NCBI GenBank assembly: GCA_002633005.1 | Contig: NMRA01000420.1 | Location: 270,318 to 334,317 of the forward strand | Direction of reading: 5' to 3' | Length of the DNA: 64,000 nucleotides | DNA from: Phoronis australis | Taxonomy: Eukaryota > Animalia > Phoronida | Shown: positions 1 through 19,600 of the stretch, one piece after another | Numbering within the stretch: position 1 is the stretch's first letter | Layout of the letters: every line of letters starts with the position of its first letter | Notes under the pieces: model-generated | Database searches by the model: none | Told to the model about the DNA's origin: nothing | What the model saw: the letters and a program-made list of their open reading frames with translations, nothing else | Made by a program: the position numbers and the translations under genes

Positions 1-2150
1 TGTTCTTTGGTGAACTGTGATTGAATCCTGGTATCTACGATCAGAGGCCTGAGCCCCCCCTCTTTTAGATGCGGCGTTCACGCCTTGGTTTTAGTGCAAA
101 CTAACACTTTTGGATAAAATGAGAGGAATTGTGGAAAATATTGAGATGGTCATGGGTGTGTTGCAGACTATTATAGGAGTGTGGTGTATTTCTGCATAAA
201 GTGACAAATGGAGTTGCTGGCAAAGGAGCTGTTATTAACCAACGGTTACTAATAACTCATCACATGGAGGTCTGACTGATGATATGAGAAAGAAAGCATT
301 GTTTTAGATTCCCCCCGAGATGTTTTGGCACTTAATGTGGAACTGATAGATTTATGCAATTTCTTGTGTGTGCTTCTTTTATTGTGGATTTCGTGGAACT
401 TCTTTCCTTTACCGGTTAGACCATGTTTTCCTATTTTCAGAAAATGAGAAATTCGTTTTAGCAAACTTAAAACTCTTTTTGTTCCCATTTAGTTAGTCGT
501 CACATTCTGCTTTATGAAATAAAAAGGGATCTGGTAATTACCTTACTCCTTCTATAGAATTTATCTGTTCCATTTCACCAATAATGTGCTGCTCATCATG
601 GTTATTGTTTTTCAAACCATAAAAGAACAGCGCCACCTTCAGAAAGTATGAAGTACTTGAACATGTCTGCTGCAAAGTTATAATTGATCGATTTGTAGGC
701 AGAGCATTAAACTTGATGCATTAAATTCTAAATTTTTTGAATTTAAGCAAACACAAAATGTTAGAATTAATGTATCTGCTACTGGAATGGAAATTCCCTT
801 TTGAAATCTCTAATTTTGTGTTATAAAGCAAATTCTTTGAATTCCATGCTCATGGAAAACCAGGATCTCAATTAGTTAGAATCATTTGCAAGGTCATTAA
901 GTTCAGTTGGTGGTTCAACATCCTGTACCATTTCTTAGTTGTCATTTTGTTCAGACACATGTTCATGCACTGAAGTAACAACAGTCTAAGGTGCAATGGG
1001 GTGGTTTTCTTGGAATTTGTTAATTGGCCACATAAGCTGTAGGGTCTGTTGTGCTTACAAATTAGCCAGAAAGGTCAAAATTGCTACAGGGACTTATGCT
1101 ATACCTTATGGCTTCTAAGTGTCCTCCCCTGCTGTGCATAACTCACTCCTGATATTGCTTGCTATCTTGATATATGGTTATTAGTGTTCGTGGAAGTCCA
1201 AGCCTTCAGTTACAATCAAGATTTGGTAAGTGTAGAAGGCATTGTGTAGAATAAAAAGTAAACGGTGAAAGTTCTCCGGTTTGGGACAGTGAAAAATAAA
1301 ATTAAATTAATGATTTTGCTCAAGGTTGGAGCTTGTTCGGAATTTCAGAAATAGGCAATGTTGGCCGTCTCGAATTCAAGAAATATCGATGAGAAGTGAT
1401 CACTCACCTCTATGTTACATCGTATGGAACCTGTGTAAGCGTTGGCGTCGGCAGCTTTTTTGCTAATTTTATGAACTGCCTAATGTTATTTTCCGACTCT
1501 GTTGATAAAAATTCAATTTGTCATGTATTCAAGGAAATATGAATACCATCAATGCTAAAATTGCCAATATCCCATTCTTAGGAATCAAGAAATTTTGGCT
1601 TGATTTTCTATTCCCAGATTTTAGAGGCTGCCTAAACTAGAGAATTGCTACAGTAACATTGGTTTCCACTCCATTATAAAGTTAGATATCATAATACGAT
1701 TGCAAACTTCAACTGACGCTGAAGACTGCGAGGTGCGGATTACCAATTTTGGATATTCAAGTCAGACTATATCTTAACTAGTCATGACAATGATAACTAC
1801 AAATCGAATCTTTTGTGAATAACTCTTTGTTGCACATCTCTCTGGATGTAGTTCAGAGTTTACTGTTTTTTATATTGAAAACTAAGTTGCATAGAAATCT
1901 TTTGTTGTGTTATGTAACTTTGAGTTCATACTAGCTACACAGGTTTTGAATGGCAAGTGCATGAAACTTATGGGCAGGTATTTGTTTACATTCTCCTCAT
2001 TGTTTACTTTGAGTCCCAATTCAGGAGGAGGTCATGGGCCTCTGACATTGATTTTGGTATGATGTAATTATGCTTGTTAAGTGCAAAAGGTCATCAGATT
2101 TGTAGATTTAGTGCTGCATAGGACTGTTGCTGTGCTTAGACCATAACCTG

Positions 2151-2583
2151 CAAGGTACCTTAACTACATGGTCAACGGACTCGTAAACACGACTCACGGA
2201 CCTGCAAACACCGTCCATTGACTCACGAACACGGGAACAGACTCACAAAACACAATCCATGCACCCAAATACACGGGACACGGACTCATATTCACGAGGA
2301 AACACGGTTGACGGACCGCCAAACATGGTTTACGGATAAAATGAAGATGTCAGCTGACCCAGGAAGCCGATGTGTCCCTGACCCGTGTTTGGTGGTCCGT
2401 TAATTGTGTTTCCTCATGAATATGAGTCCGTGTCCTGTGTATTTGGGTGCGTGGATCGTGTTTTGTGAGTCCGTTCCTGTGAACTTCGTGAGTCAGTGGA
2501 CGGTGTTTGCAGGTACGTGAGTTGTGTTCATGCGTCCGTGCCCGTGTTTATGAGTCCGTTGACCGTGTAGTTTAGGTACCTTG
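2151..2583. mobile_element. Foldback/MITE-like non-autonomous DNA transposon with inverted arms of about 180 bp
   Basis: Termini CAAGGTACCT...AGGTACCTTG and long imperfect inverted repeats (about 2151-2330 versus 2381-2583). The direct repeat ACCTG lies on both sides (2146-2150, 2584-2588), consistent with a 5-bp TSD. Confidence 0.85.
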
Positions 2584-2619
2584 ACCTGAACATGAAGCAA
2601 ATAAGGCTATCCCTAGTAA

Positions 2620-3250
2620 AACAGCGACGCTTGAATCTTGCTTTACCCACAATGCCGCAATATCTGTCAAGAACTGTTGTAGCCTGGCTTTTTTGTGCCA
2701 TTCGAGTTCCACATGGTCTTTGTTCTTGTGGTTGTCATATTATTTACTCATCTTTCTGGGTTGCATTACTCTATTTGTCCTTCCAATGTCAACAAAATAT
2801 TACTGCCGTGCTGTGGGCGGCAACTCAGTTGGGAAAAAGTTGAATAAACTTGACAAATAGGCGTGAATGTGTGATGTGAAGTTCATCGCTATCCCAGTGA
2901 ATGTGTGATGTGAAGTTCATCGCTATCCCAGTGAATGTGTGATGTGAAGTTCATCGCTATTCCAGTGAATGTGTGATGTGAAGTTCATCGCTATCCCAGC
3001 ATCAATTAAAGAAGAGAAAATTCGGAGCAGGTGTCCTTGACAAGTTTTTGTTCTTATTTTGAACTAAACACAATCCCTTTTCTTTCAGTTCTGGTACTTT
3101 TAAATGGCTCAGAACTCGTGAATATTTCCACAGCCGTACACATTGAAGTTTTCCACTGACATGTAAATGTCCCTGACACTCCAAAATTAGGTTTAATGAA
3201 AACAATGCGTTTTCTTACATCCAAGAAAAAGGAGTGTTCTTTGGCTGTAA
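2620..3250 (+). repeat. Interspersed repeat, homologous to 22477-22820
   Basis: Shared colinear blocks ACAGCGACGCT..AATCTTG, TTTACCCACAATGCCG and CATTACTCTATT.GTCCTTCCAATG in both copies. Confidence 0.7.
2863..2998. repeat. Tandem repeat, 34 bp x4
   Basis: GTGAATGTGTGATGTGAAGTTCATCGCTATCCCA repeated four times with no spacers. Confidence 0.95.
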
Positions 3251-4070
3251 CTCATAACTGCCTATTGTCATGGAACAAATTGTTTGGTGTCAACAGTCAT
3301 TGAGGCCTTATCAATCTCTTTGTTCAGAAGGGTTCTTCGTTCAAAAGGTTCATTGGTTCCCAAAGTGTTCATTCTCAAATTCTATCTGTTCGCTACCTAA
3401 TTGTTCATCAGGGATTTATTTGCTCACAAGGTTTGGTCGTTCACAAAGTCTATCCACTCGGTAAGGCTTAGAAATCCATTCTTGAAGTTAATCCACTCAC
3501 AAGGTCTATCATTCACATGGTCTGTTGGTTCCAGAGGTCTATTCTTTCTTATTGGTTTACAAGATATATTCGTTCACATAAATTATATTCCTTCAGCATT
3601 CAGTTCCGAAATGCTGGCAAGAAGGTTTGATCAATACCAATATTCACATGTCCAAGTCTGTATCTATGTGGTAACAGTAAACACAACTAAAAGGGGCTCG
3701 GTTCTGCTTCGACACTACTTTTTAATTGCATTACTGGCTATGTGCGACATTATCCACAAATGTACGTATTTAGCCTGACGGCCACAAAACTATAGATTTA
3801 TATTTCTTTAAATTACATAAAGGTAGGATTTGATTTTTACTTTATATCAATCTATTAATTAGATGGGTCATGTGACCTTGTCTTTAAAATTTAGCAACAA
3901 AGAAATTTAGATTTCATAGCAAAACAGTGTAACTTGACCAATTTTCATTTGACATAAATGTCTAAGGTCAAATCTCAAAACGCTGTCTTAGTTAATTACA
4001 GATTCATTTGATAAAAAGTCAAAAATCAAATTCTACAGGCCTTCTTCTTTAGGAGAATGTGTACCTTTCC

Positions 4071-4229
4071 CATTGGCGGATTTAAGGGGGGGGGGAAGGG
4101 GAGCATGGCCCCATAAAATTCTCCCAGATTCCAATTGGCAGTTTAGGGTGCGATTATCTGACGGGCAAAATCCTGGCTAATACTGACTGCTCTGGCCCCC
4201 CCAAACTCAAAATCCTTGATCCGCCCCTG
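4071..4229. mobile_element. Short MITE (CAGTGGCGGAT/CAGGGGCGGAT-type TIR), same family as 63271-63578
   Basis: CATTGGCGGATTTAAGGGGG...ATCCTTGATCCGCCCCTG. It is a reverse-complement homologue of the element at 63271. Confidence 0.7.
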
Positions 4230-4500
4230 TGTCTTGCTGATAGTTTTGGCTAAATATCCAGAGCTGTCGATAAAGTCGCAATGTTGGCATTGACTTAGGT
4301 AGGATTTTTCTTCACTTGTTTTAGTTACTCTTCTATTTGCCCAAGGATTGGTCTGGATTTTGAATGGGCCACTGCTACCTCACCCAAGGAGATATTCTTT
4401 GATTAACTGGAAGAAAAAAATTGGTGTTGAATGTAGTTGTCAACACAATGTCAACTCACGGTTGATATGTTCTAACTGGCACTTTGACATTCCATTCCAG

Positions 4501-10217
<5,717 letters not shown>

Positions 10218-10636
10218 GACTGCGGAGAGGAGCTGTGGACGTGGTGTGCACAGGTTGTACTCCTGCTTTATGAGACTCAAGGTGCAACTTGCAACAAACT
10301 CCTGGTTACATCCAACCTACCAAGCTACAGTCACATATGGAACTTTTGGCATTTACTATTGCAAGTTTGGCAACCTTCCTTCATCGAACTGGGTAAAATG
10401 AATTGTTGCCTAGCATTTCTACTTTCAAGAGGATCTGAAACAATTGTTTTTAGATGGCCACGTGTACGAAGAATATTGTCTTTGGCGCAAGTTGCCCCTG
10501 TTCTTTAACCCTGTTTGGAAGCAGTACGTGACACAGTTTGTGAAATCTTAGGATAACTTAAGAAATGTTTGGGATGATTTGATTCCAAGGGAAACGTTTT
10601 CAGCTGCATTAATTTAACAAAACCCATCTGAGAAGT

Positions 10637-11062
10637 GACCTGGAGGTTAGGTTAGTGATGTTAATATTGAACTGTTCATTTGATGATTGACCTGTAGGTT
10701 AGGTCAATGATGTTAACACTGAACTGTTCATTTGATGATTGACCTGGAGGTTAGGTCAGTGATGTTGATATTGAACTCGTCTGTTCATTTGATGATTGAC
10801 CTGGAGGTTAGGTTAATGATGTTAATATTGAACTGTTCATTTGATGATTGACCTGTAGGTTAGGTCAATGATGTTAACACTGAACTGTTCATTTGATGAT
10901 TGACCTGGATGTTAGGTCAGTGATGTTGATATTGAATTTGTCTGTTCATTTGATGATTGACCTGGAGGTTAGGTGAATGATGTTAATATTGAGCTGTTCA
11001 TTTGGTGATTGACCTGTAGGTTAGGTTGATGATGTTGATATTGAACTGTTCATTTGATGATT
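10637..11062. repeat. Minisatellite of 8 units (52/52/57 bp; 161-bp higher-order period) downstream of the MEIOC stop
   Basis: Units GACCTG[G/T]AGGTTAGGT...TGTTCATTTGATGATT start at 10637, 10689, 10741, 10798, 10850, 10902, 10959 and 11011. Confidence 0.92.
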
Positions 11063-13936
11063 GTTAGTAGTAACTACTGGATAAATAACTGTCCCCAATT
11101 TCCTTACTAAGCCAAAACGTAGTCTGTGCATTTAAAGTATCACCGCTTCACACTACATCTCAGATCAGTTGATATGTAGATTCAAGCTGTTAATCAAATT
11201 TCAGCGGTGTACCCTAGCATTGTTTTATCCCAACTATGGATTGTTTTAACGAATCATTACAATTATTGTAACTTATTGTTGATGAGGGTGTTGCAGCCTA
11301 GCATAAATTATGCATGTAAATTCAACGTTTATCTCGGATGCCTAGTTTTAGGAATGACAAATTCCCTTCCGGCCAAAAACACCAATTATTGTATTTATTA
11401 GGTCAGGTGAGAGGCACGAATAGTGATGATAGTGTGTGATTAACTGGGTCAGTCAGTGAACACTACTGTGTGTCTCACAAGATGGATTACTGTAGAGTTG
11501 AGCATCTGGTATTAAGTCTGAAGATTATAGAAATGCACTAGGTTTACACAATCTGTTTTACTGTGATAAAAATTCTCTGACTTAGCCATTATCATGTATA
11601 TATTGGAAGTTACAAATAGAACTAGAGAATTGTATAATTATTATTTTATTTAGTTGTTAACAGTTGTGTGTTGGCTATATGCCTGGAGGTATGCTGTTTT
11701 AGCTTGATTCTAGATATGCCAATTTATTGTGAATTAGCAATTGTATATATATCTATTATTATCCGGGCGCACAGGGCAAGGTAGACTACCTGGGGATTGT
11801 CGAACTCATAACTAAGAAATGCACAGTTGCCTGATTGTGTAAGCACAAAACAATGATGCCAATTATGCGTACAAGCTGTAAGGCCCTAGTGAACTAAAAT
11901 AGAATTAGAGTTGAAGAATGTGTTTTCTGTCCAACGTTGATAGTTTATTTTTGTATGAGTGGTATTGGTGGTTGGACTTCTAGGGTTGAGCACCGAAGAT
12001 ACCGATGTACTTGAAGCATTTACCAAATAGTCATGTGACATAGCAGCATAGATTACGATTTCATCAGCTTCTTAGTTACATAGAATCTCCAAGGCAACAG
12101 TGGCCTTTCACCCCTGTGGAGAAGAGTCCATGTGTTGGCCAATCATAGTGGGTAAAATTAGGTCGTCATATGATGGCCAGAAAGACAGTAGTGCAAAACT
12201 AGGCCAGCCAGTCACATGGCTGCAGAATATGAGGAATTGAGAACTTGCGGGATTTTAGCATTGAAACCACTTGATGATGTAATGTTGTGCACTTCAGCTA
12301 GGTCAAGACTTCGTAACATTCCTAGATGTGAAATACGAGGTGTGAATTATTACGCAGAACTTGCATGCTGCAGATTTTTGAGCACTTTTGTTGATTGACT
12401 GGAAATCTTGAACCACATTTGAATCTGCTATTGCGACTGCGTTAGTGGATTCAACAGATGTCTGCCATCTTGCTCCAGTTACTTGATGTGCTGTTTTTGA
12501 ACAGCCTTACTGTGTTTAAGAATCTCAGGTGACTTGATAATTGAACTCACCTAACAAATCAACCATGAAAATGGCTTTAAGAATTGTAATATTGAGAGAC
12601 ACCTATGGAGTCTGTGGAGGTAGTTGTTGTTTGTTCGTTAGTGGATATTTAAGTTAATTTGACTGTTCATGACTACTGTTGAGCGTTTAGATATTAAATT
12701 ATTGTTTTATATATTCTAGTGACTGTGTTTGCAGTATAACCCTAGTTTTATCGTAGATATGGACTATAGCATTAGATGTAGTGTTTCTAGTTTAAGTTTT
12801 GGAGTGTTAACTGGTGGTGTTAGGTTGCAGGACTAAGACAAGACTGGTAGCGCCACCTGGTATGGGTCAGTCAGTGATGTTGAGTAGTTCTTTGTGAATA
12901 AGGTTTGTAGTATGCACTTGACACATTCTGCCTCTGACTGTGTTTGGTTCCAGAACTGGTTTTTAGGATGTTCTTGAGAATACTTTCGGTGATATGTTAC
13001 TCTACATTGTGTGGCAGACCCAAATTGCAACAGTTCTCGTCCTTTTCAAAATCATAGTATGACAGATGACAGCGTCACCTGATGCTTGGTTTAATCCCTC
13101 TGTGACAAGCTTTTAGGCTGGTGATTATTAAAAGTGTTACAATTTCTGATGAAGTGTCCTGAAACGTGGACAGGAAGTTTGTGTGATAAGCATTGAGCAC
13201 GGTAATCACCTCCACTTAACTTTTCGTTTCCAAGTTTCACCGTATTAAATGTACTTTTTACAAACATACCATATGTCCTTACTCGATTTCACTAAATTAT
13301 GGCAAGGTTTTAAAAACCTGCTGCGCAACCCTGAAGTTTGATTTTGCTATTGGCGAGCTGCCTACTCAAGTGCTTTTTGAACTTTTTCCTTCCATCCAGA
13401 TGGGCACTTAACCAGATATTTACTGTGTGCTGTAATTGCTATGACCGATGTGGTCTGCTTGGGGCGTAATTGCTTAGCAACCAGTGTCTTGGTCACTGCT
13501 GTTTCGGAACCAGGTTACGGTCCATTTCGTGAACTTAAAAACTTGAAGACTTCTTTCTCTGAATTATAATTATTTTTTCTATGCAATTTGTATTTATTAT
13601 ACACAACCATTTTGATTTATTTATCTCTTAAATTATGCATGTTTAGTGAGTTTGAATTATTTATTACACTTAATCGTCATGGAATACCGAGTCGTGGGGA
13701 CAACTGGATTGTCCCAGTGATGTGTATTGTATTTTGTTGTCATGGTTTTGTTTAAATCTTATATATTGCAGTAGATGATAGACATGTAACATTCTTCAGC
13801 AGGATTTGTGCCACCTAGCTACCAGTGACAGTAGACAGCATGACATGCACTAGTTAGTGTGTGTGTAATTCAAGATTTCATCGTTTAGATCAGGCCACAA
13901 AACAAACTGATCTTAGTTGCCGTTGTGGAAGTTGAA

Positions 13937-14056
13937 GTTAGTGTACTGTAGAGGGTTGACATGGTCTATAGTTGTACTGGATCGGGTTTACCTGTTAGTG
14001 TACTGTAGAGGGTTGACATGGTCTATAGTTGTAATGGATCGGGTTTACCTGTTAGT
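13937..14056. repeat. Tandem duplication, 57 bp x2
   Basis: GTTAGTGTACTGTAGAGGGTTGACATGGTCTATAGTTGTA.TGGATCGGGTTTACCT occurs twice. Confidence 0.9.
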
Positions 14057-16619
14057 TGATGTTGTTTAGTTTGTTCTAGTAGCTATGGATGTACTTCCAG
14101 TCTTAAGTTACAGTTTTTGCCAAGTTTGTGCTATTTTAAAGTTTTTTAACCGACGTGATTTTGTTGTTCTCATTTAAGCCGGAATGTTAATTAATTAATC
14201 TTTAAATTTGACTGTAAGTTGTGCGCATAATTAGTGTTAACCGTGAACCTTGTGTACGTTCTGTTGGATTAAGTTGTGAGGTCTGCGTGGATTTTTATTT
14301 AGATGTCACCTTGACCTCTGGTTCTGTCTGTTGACCAGGCTGGCCTAAAGTTGTAAAAAGTGACTGAAAAGAATTGTGTCTGCCAAATTGATGTATTGTG
14401 ACAATCAGAAGCACATTAGTGCAAACGAGCAGTTTGGTTCTTACCTAGACGCAAGATGTGCATGTATTGGAAGTGTTAAACTTAGACAATCTAACCAATT
14501 GTATTGTCTTTGGAGTGGACCATATGGTACCGATACAGTCGAACCGCATTACAACTAACTCTTGGAACAGTTGCGAAACGTCGGTTCAAACAAAAAGTTT
14601 GCCAGTTTCGAGTCAGGGCTTAAAGAACCTTACTAGTGTTCAGTGTTGAAAATGCAACAGGATGCATTGCACACGATCTTGAGTTCGTTGTGTTACTAAA
14701 GTTTTCGAGGCGAAAGCAATGGAAAGGATTTTAAAGACGAGTTTACTGGTGATAACCTCCTCTTTTCCCATTTCTGTAATAAGCAAACAAAAAAGTTGCA
14801 ATAGAAGTTTAATCCAATTATTTCGTCTACTCTAGCATAATGAATTCATGATTGTGCACAATGAAACCGCCAAATTTTCAACATTACATATTTGAAAAAG
14901 TACTGTTAGGTATACTGTTACATGCAAGAGCACACAATTAACCAGATTCACTGTGACACGGTTTGACTGTATATCATATCATATGAATTTTGTGACTAAG
15001 ATGGGATGGAAAACATTGAATGACAAAACAGTGAAATGTAGTGTATAGTGCTTTCTGTGTACTATCCCCACAGAGGTCAGCACTTGCATACATAACATTG
15101 GAATACGAGTAGAATTAGAGGGAAGGGTTGAATTTAAATGGTGGAATGGATGTGCGGTGTGTTAACAGCTTCATAACTTTAGTTATGTCTGATACCGGTG
15201 TCATCTGCTCATGAAATGTCATGATTGTATCGTAAAGTTGTGTTTCTTGGGCATTTTCTGTGGAAACGTAAACATTTCAGTGACATTTATTTTGTATGGA
15301 GGCGTACTGGCAAATTGCGAGAATGCCAAGGGCTCGTTTCGACTGTCCATGGTTTACACCCAGGGAACTCTTAAGTTTTGTTTGACCTGATTAATTGCTC
15401 GGGAGACGATCCAATGTGGCTGACTACGAATAACTATCCACACAATTCGTTTAACCATTTCCACGCTTCAGTCCACAGGAAGCTGCCATTCGACTACAAT
15501 TTACCCAAATGCCTTTTCTTAACCTCATTGTTCTCAGCACTCTGTGCTCATGGTCATCACTTCACCTGTGTACCCAAATTTGTGCGCGTCATTGTCACCA
15601 AGTAGTGTACACGCCCATGATTGGATTGTCTCAACTGTCAAGGTCAGGTCTAGTCAGTCAGTTCTGTGATAAGATTTACGGGTTCACGTTTATTTTGGAT
15701 TTGTTGTTTGAATAAAACTTAAGGTTACACCTGATTTTATTTTATTTGCCTCGTGCAGCTCACACTCAAATGACTGCGACAGGTCAATAATGCAGAATGT
15801 ATAATATTTCATTAAATAAACAACATTAAATGCACCCATAACAAGTACTGTAAAACACCCATGAGTCCGATCCAACTGGGCAAGTTGCAGTTTATAATTA
15901 GAACAAATCAAAATCCGATTTATCTGAAGCGCCTAATGCACATCTAAAACAATCGTACAGTGGAAATTTGTCCCAAGTTAATGACATTGTCAAGAGATTT
16001 AGTGATAATGGCCCCCACAAGGATTTGGACCAGGAACCTTTGTTGTCACAGCCATGTGCTCTTCTGGCTGCACTAAATCTCGCTCTGTAAATGGCAGAGT
16101 AACTTAAGTATACGTGACTTGCCTTGTCGGCCAATGTCTGGCAACAGACACCATAACATGAGAAAACGGTTTCTAATACAGTAATCAAATATGAAACGGA
16201 TTTTATTGTTTTATAGCTCTGGTCAAAACTAATGACTTCAAAAAGTCAATCCCATCCAACAATAATCCAAAAAGTATTTTACAGCCATTAAGAAGATGAT
16301 TAAAAAATCTGACGTGTGCAAGCCCGACTGTATGCAAACTTATACATTTAAAAGTCCTCAGTCTGGATCTGAGCAGACTAACACAGTATTGCATTACGGT
16401 TCTTATTAGATGCGTATCTTCAGATGAGTAGAATTTGATTTACTGGAACAAAGCATTGTTCTGGTTGAAATGTACTACTTAAATAGTTTTAAAATATCTT
16501 GGAAAGTTGTTTTTATTATAACTATTTTTTTTCTTAACGGGCCAAATGGAAAGTCAACAGTAGCTTGTATAACAACAACCAGGTCCATGCTACATAACCA
16601 GGTACATAGTGACAGGAGT

Positions 16620-19600
16620 CTACATCTGTTGAGTAGAGTTGCCATTCCATGTTGCATTCTCGTCATCATCGTCACTATCTCGTCCAGAGAACAGTCTGTG
16701 TACTTTACCATCCTTCTTGTTCTCGGTGTTGGACACGGGCCTTTTGCGTGTGCTAAATAGAACATGATATAATGATTAGAGCACCTCAAAGGTAAATATA
16801 TGATCTGACATGTAATTGATGACAGTAACTTGTAATGACCACTCGTAGAACTGCATCTCAAAATTACTCTGTAGAACTTAAAATCCTAACTCATCAGAAA
16901 ATGATTCAAATGCATGTACCTTGTGTGAGGTATGACTACAAATTATTTTCACGGACATTTGATTTATTGTGTGACGATCCTGCTTTGCGTGTTTTCAAAG
17001 CATTACTATAACTATCTGTATGGCTAAATACATCTGAAATAACATCTGGAGTTATGTCCGATGTGTGCATCACATACAGCATAGATACAAGGGACGGTGA
17101 TTATTCTATTTCAAGCATTCTCACTAGAGGGAGAAATACGTGTAAACTTAAAATGACACATGGAAAGTGCAAACCTAGTCGTAAAAATGACTTGCAGGAG
17201 CATCAATAAAGCAATTAGATACCAACATGGACTTCAAAAAACTGTAACTGCCGCTAGAAGGCAGCACTAGTGGTACTTGTCCAAAATTTAGGGGGAAACA
17301 TCTTGCCTGTGACTGCTAAATTTCACAGGGGTCACTTGAGTGGTTTAGCAGAGAGAGAAAGAGAAAGCTGGATGGCAAAAATAAAATTGCCACTAGGTTG
17401 TGCACCACTACAGATTGGCCTGAGCATTGACAGGTGTCATACATAGAAGGTAAGGGGTCACTTGAGTGGTTTAGCAGAGAGAGAAAGAGAAAGCTGGATG
17501 TCAAAAATAAAATTGCCACTAGGTTGTGCACCACTACAGACTGGCCTGAGCATTGACAGGTGTCATACATAAAAGGTAAGGGGTCACTTGAGTGGTTAAG
17601 CAGAGGGAGAAAGAGAAAGCTGGATGGCAAAAATAAAATTGCCACTAGGTTGTGCACCACTACAGATTGGCCCGAGCATTGACAGGTGTCATACGTAGAA
17701 GGTAAGTTCCACAACTATCTTGTACATGGTGTCAAACAGATATAAAGGTTGCTGCAAACAGTAAATTGCCACAAAGGTACACAGCATTGGCCTAATCCAT
17801 TTGAAACTAAATAAGTGCTGTTCAAACCCGGATAAAGATATATTTGACAATTTTATGAAGATCAGTAGATATAAGTAGACATAAAGAAACTGCAATGAGG
17901 AGATGCCACATTAGTCAGATACATGCACTAGTTAATGCCAGCCACGATCTCAATAGAATCACATTCTATTAAACATCAAAAGACTTTGGCAGATAGTGAG
18001 GTAGACACAGATAATTACCACTAGGGGGTGCAACAGTACTCAAATTTGAAAATTAACGGCAGGTATGGTCTCCTTGGCAGAAGCCCATTCATTAACGATA
18101 ATAATAATAACACATCAATGAACTGGGAAGATATTGATTAGAAGCAATTCAAAGAAAACCAAAGCTGCCCCTAAGGGGCGCCATAGTAGTTGGACCTGTC
18201 CAAAAATCAATGTCAGCTATGCTCTTCTCGATAAGATTAAAAACATGGCTGCGGCCTTCCATGATGTTTCTTCAAGCAGTTATAATGTAGGTGGATACGC
18301 AGGCGGACAAAAAAACAAAAATAATAACAAAAGACCCCTGATAGGGGAACGGCATAAATCCAATTCATCTGAAATGGGACAGGTGCCGTCACCCCTTGAT
18401 AGTAATTTAATTTGCCAAATTTCACTAATATCCATCAAGAAACTTAGTAGAGATGGAGGTGCAAGCAGGAAACCCCAAAAACTGCTTCTAGGAGAACCAC
18501 AGTAGTACCCTTACAAAAGGTCAAGTATGTTCTTCTCAATACTAAAAAAACGCTAAATATTAAAAAGTTTCCAAAAGCAATTTGGCAGACAGAGAGGCGG
18601 ACTCCCAAAAAACAAACTAAGAAATAACACGAGCAACGCTGGGGCATTGACATGAGCACATGGTGCATCGCATACAATTTGTTTCTAAGGGCCACTAGAA
18701 AGTGCGGTAAACCGTAGTAGTTGAAGCAGCCAGAAAACCCGGCGTATTGTCATCATGTAATCTGCCAATCAGGTCTATATATATAATCTGCAAGCACTTT
18801 TCGCCCAATTGTCGAGAACAAAATGGTGCCGGCACATGGTCACCATATATAACTATGTAAAGTTTCACTGAAATCCATCAATCAGTTCTCTAGATACTAT
18901 CCAGAAACACTCTTCCCCCAAACTACACATGAAAAGTTCCTTGTCACAATGCTGTGGTGGACAAATCTTTCCTCAGAAAGGAAGGGTCCGGGGCATTGAC
19001 TTCACATTACGTCTGTGGCGTTAAGTTTTGTTGAAATCATTTGATCGTTTTTTTGATATCATTCCGGGAGAATTGCTCTTTCTCCAAAGAACACATGAAT
19101 CCCCTTGAGGACAACATGTAAACTAAGGAGTGTTGCTGTAGCTGAAGCACCGCAAAAATTTAATGGTGATGGGCCATTGACATCACATACCTCTATGTCA
19201 ATGACCAATAGAGGGCACTGCAGTTGTCCGGACCCAGCAGTATTTGGAAGTGTCTAAAAAAACAATGCAGACAGAGAATACTTCATGAAAATGCCCCTAG
19301 AACTGCCAGACACAGAAACTTACCTGGAATTGCTGGCATATTGTACCGAGTCTTCACTGTCTTGTGGCACTCCGTGTTGAATTGTTGACTGGGAGGGAGT
19401 TCCAAACAGGAAGGTGCAGAGAAAATTCCATAACATAAGTAGGGGTGCCAGCAGTGTTTGAATGAAACCTGAAGCCCCACTAGGACTGCTCATATTGGAC
19501 CCTCCCTGAGTACCCTGAAATGTAAGAAAACAGTAGAGATAATCACTTTTATCTTAACAATTAGATTAAGTGCGCAATCAATAAAACCTGAAGTTTGTGT

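Noticed and set aside
1358-1440. Candidate MEIOC first coding exon (ATGGAACCTGT|GTAAGC)
   Set aside because: With the GTAAGC donor no ATG frame is phase-compatible with the exon at 4501. It could be a UTR exon, but it cannot be supported as CDS.
17316-17714. 132-aa ORF with three 42-aa hydrophobic repeats
   Set aside because: It is explained by a 126-bp tandem repeat. UBXN4 splices correctly across it.
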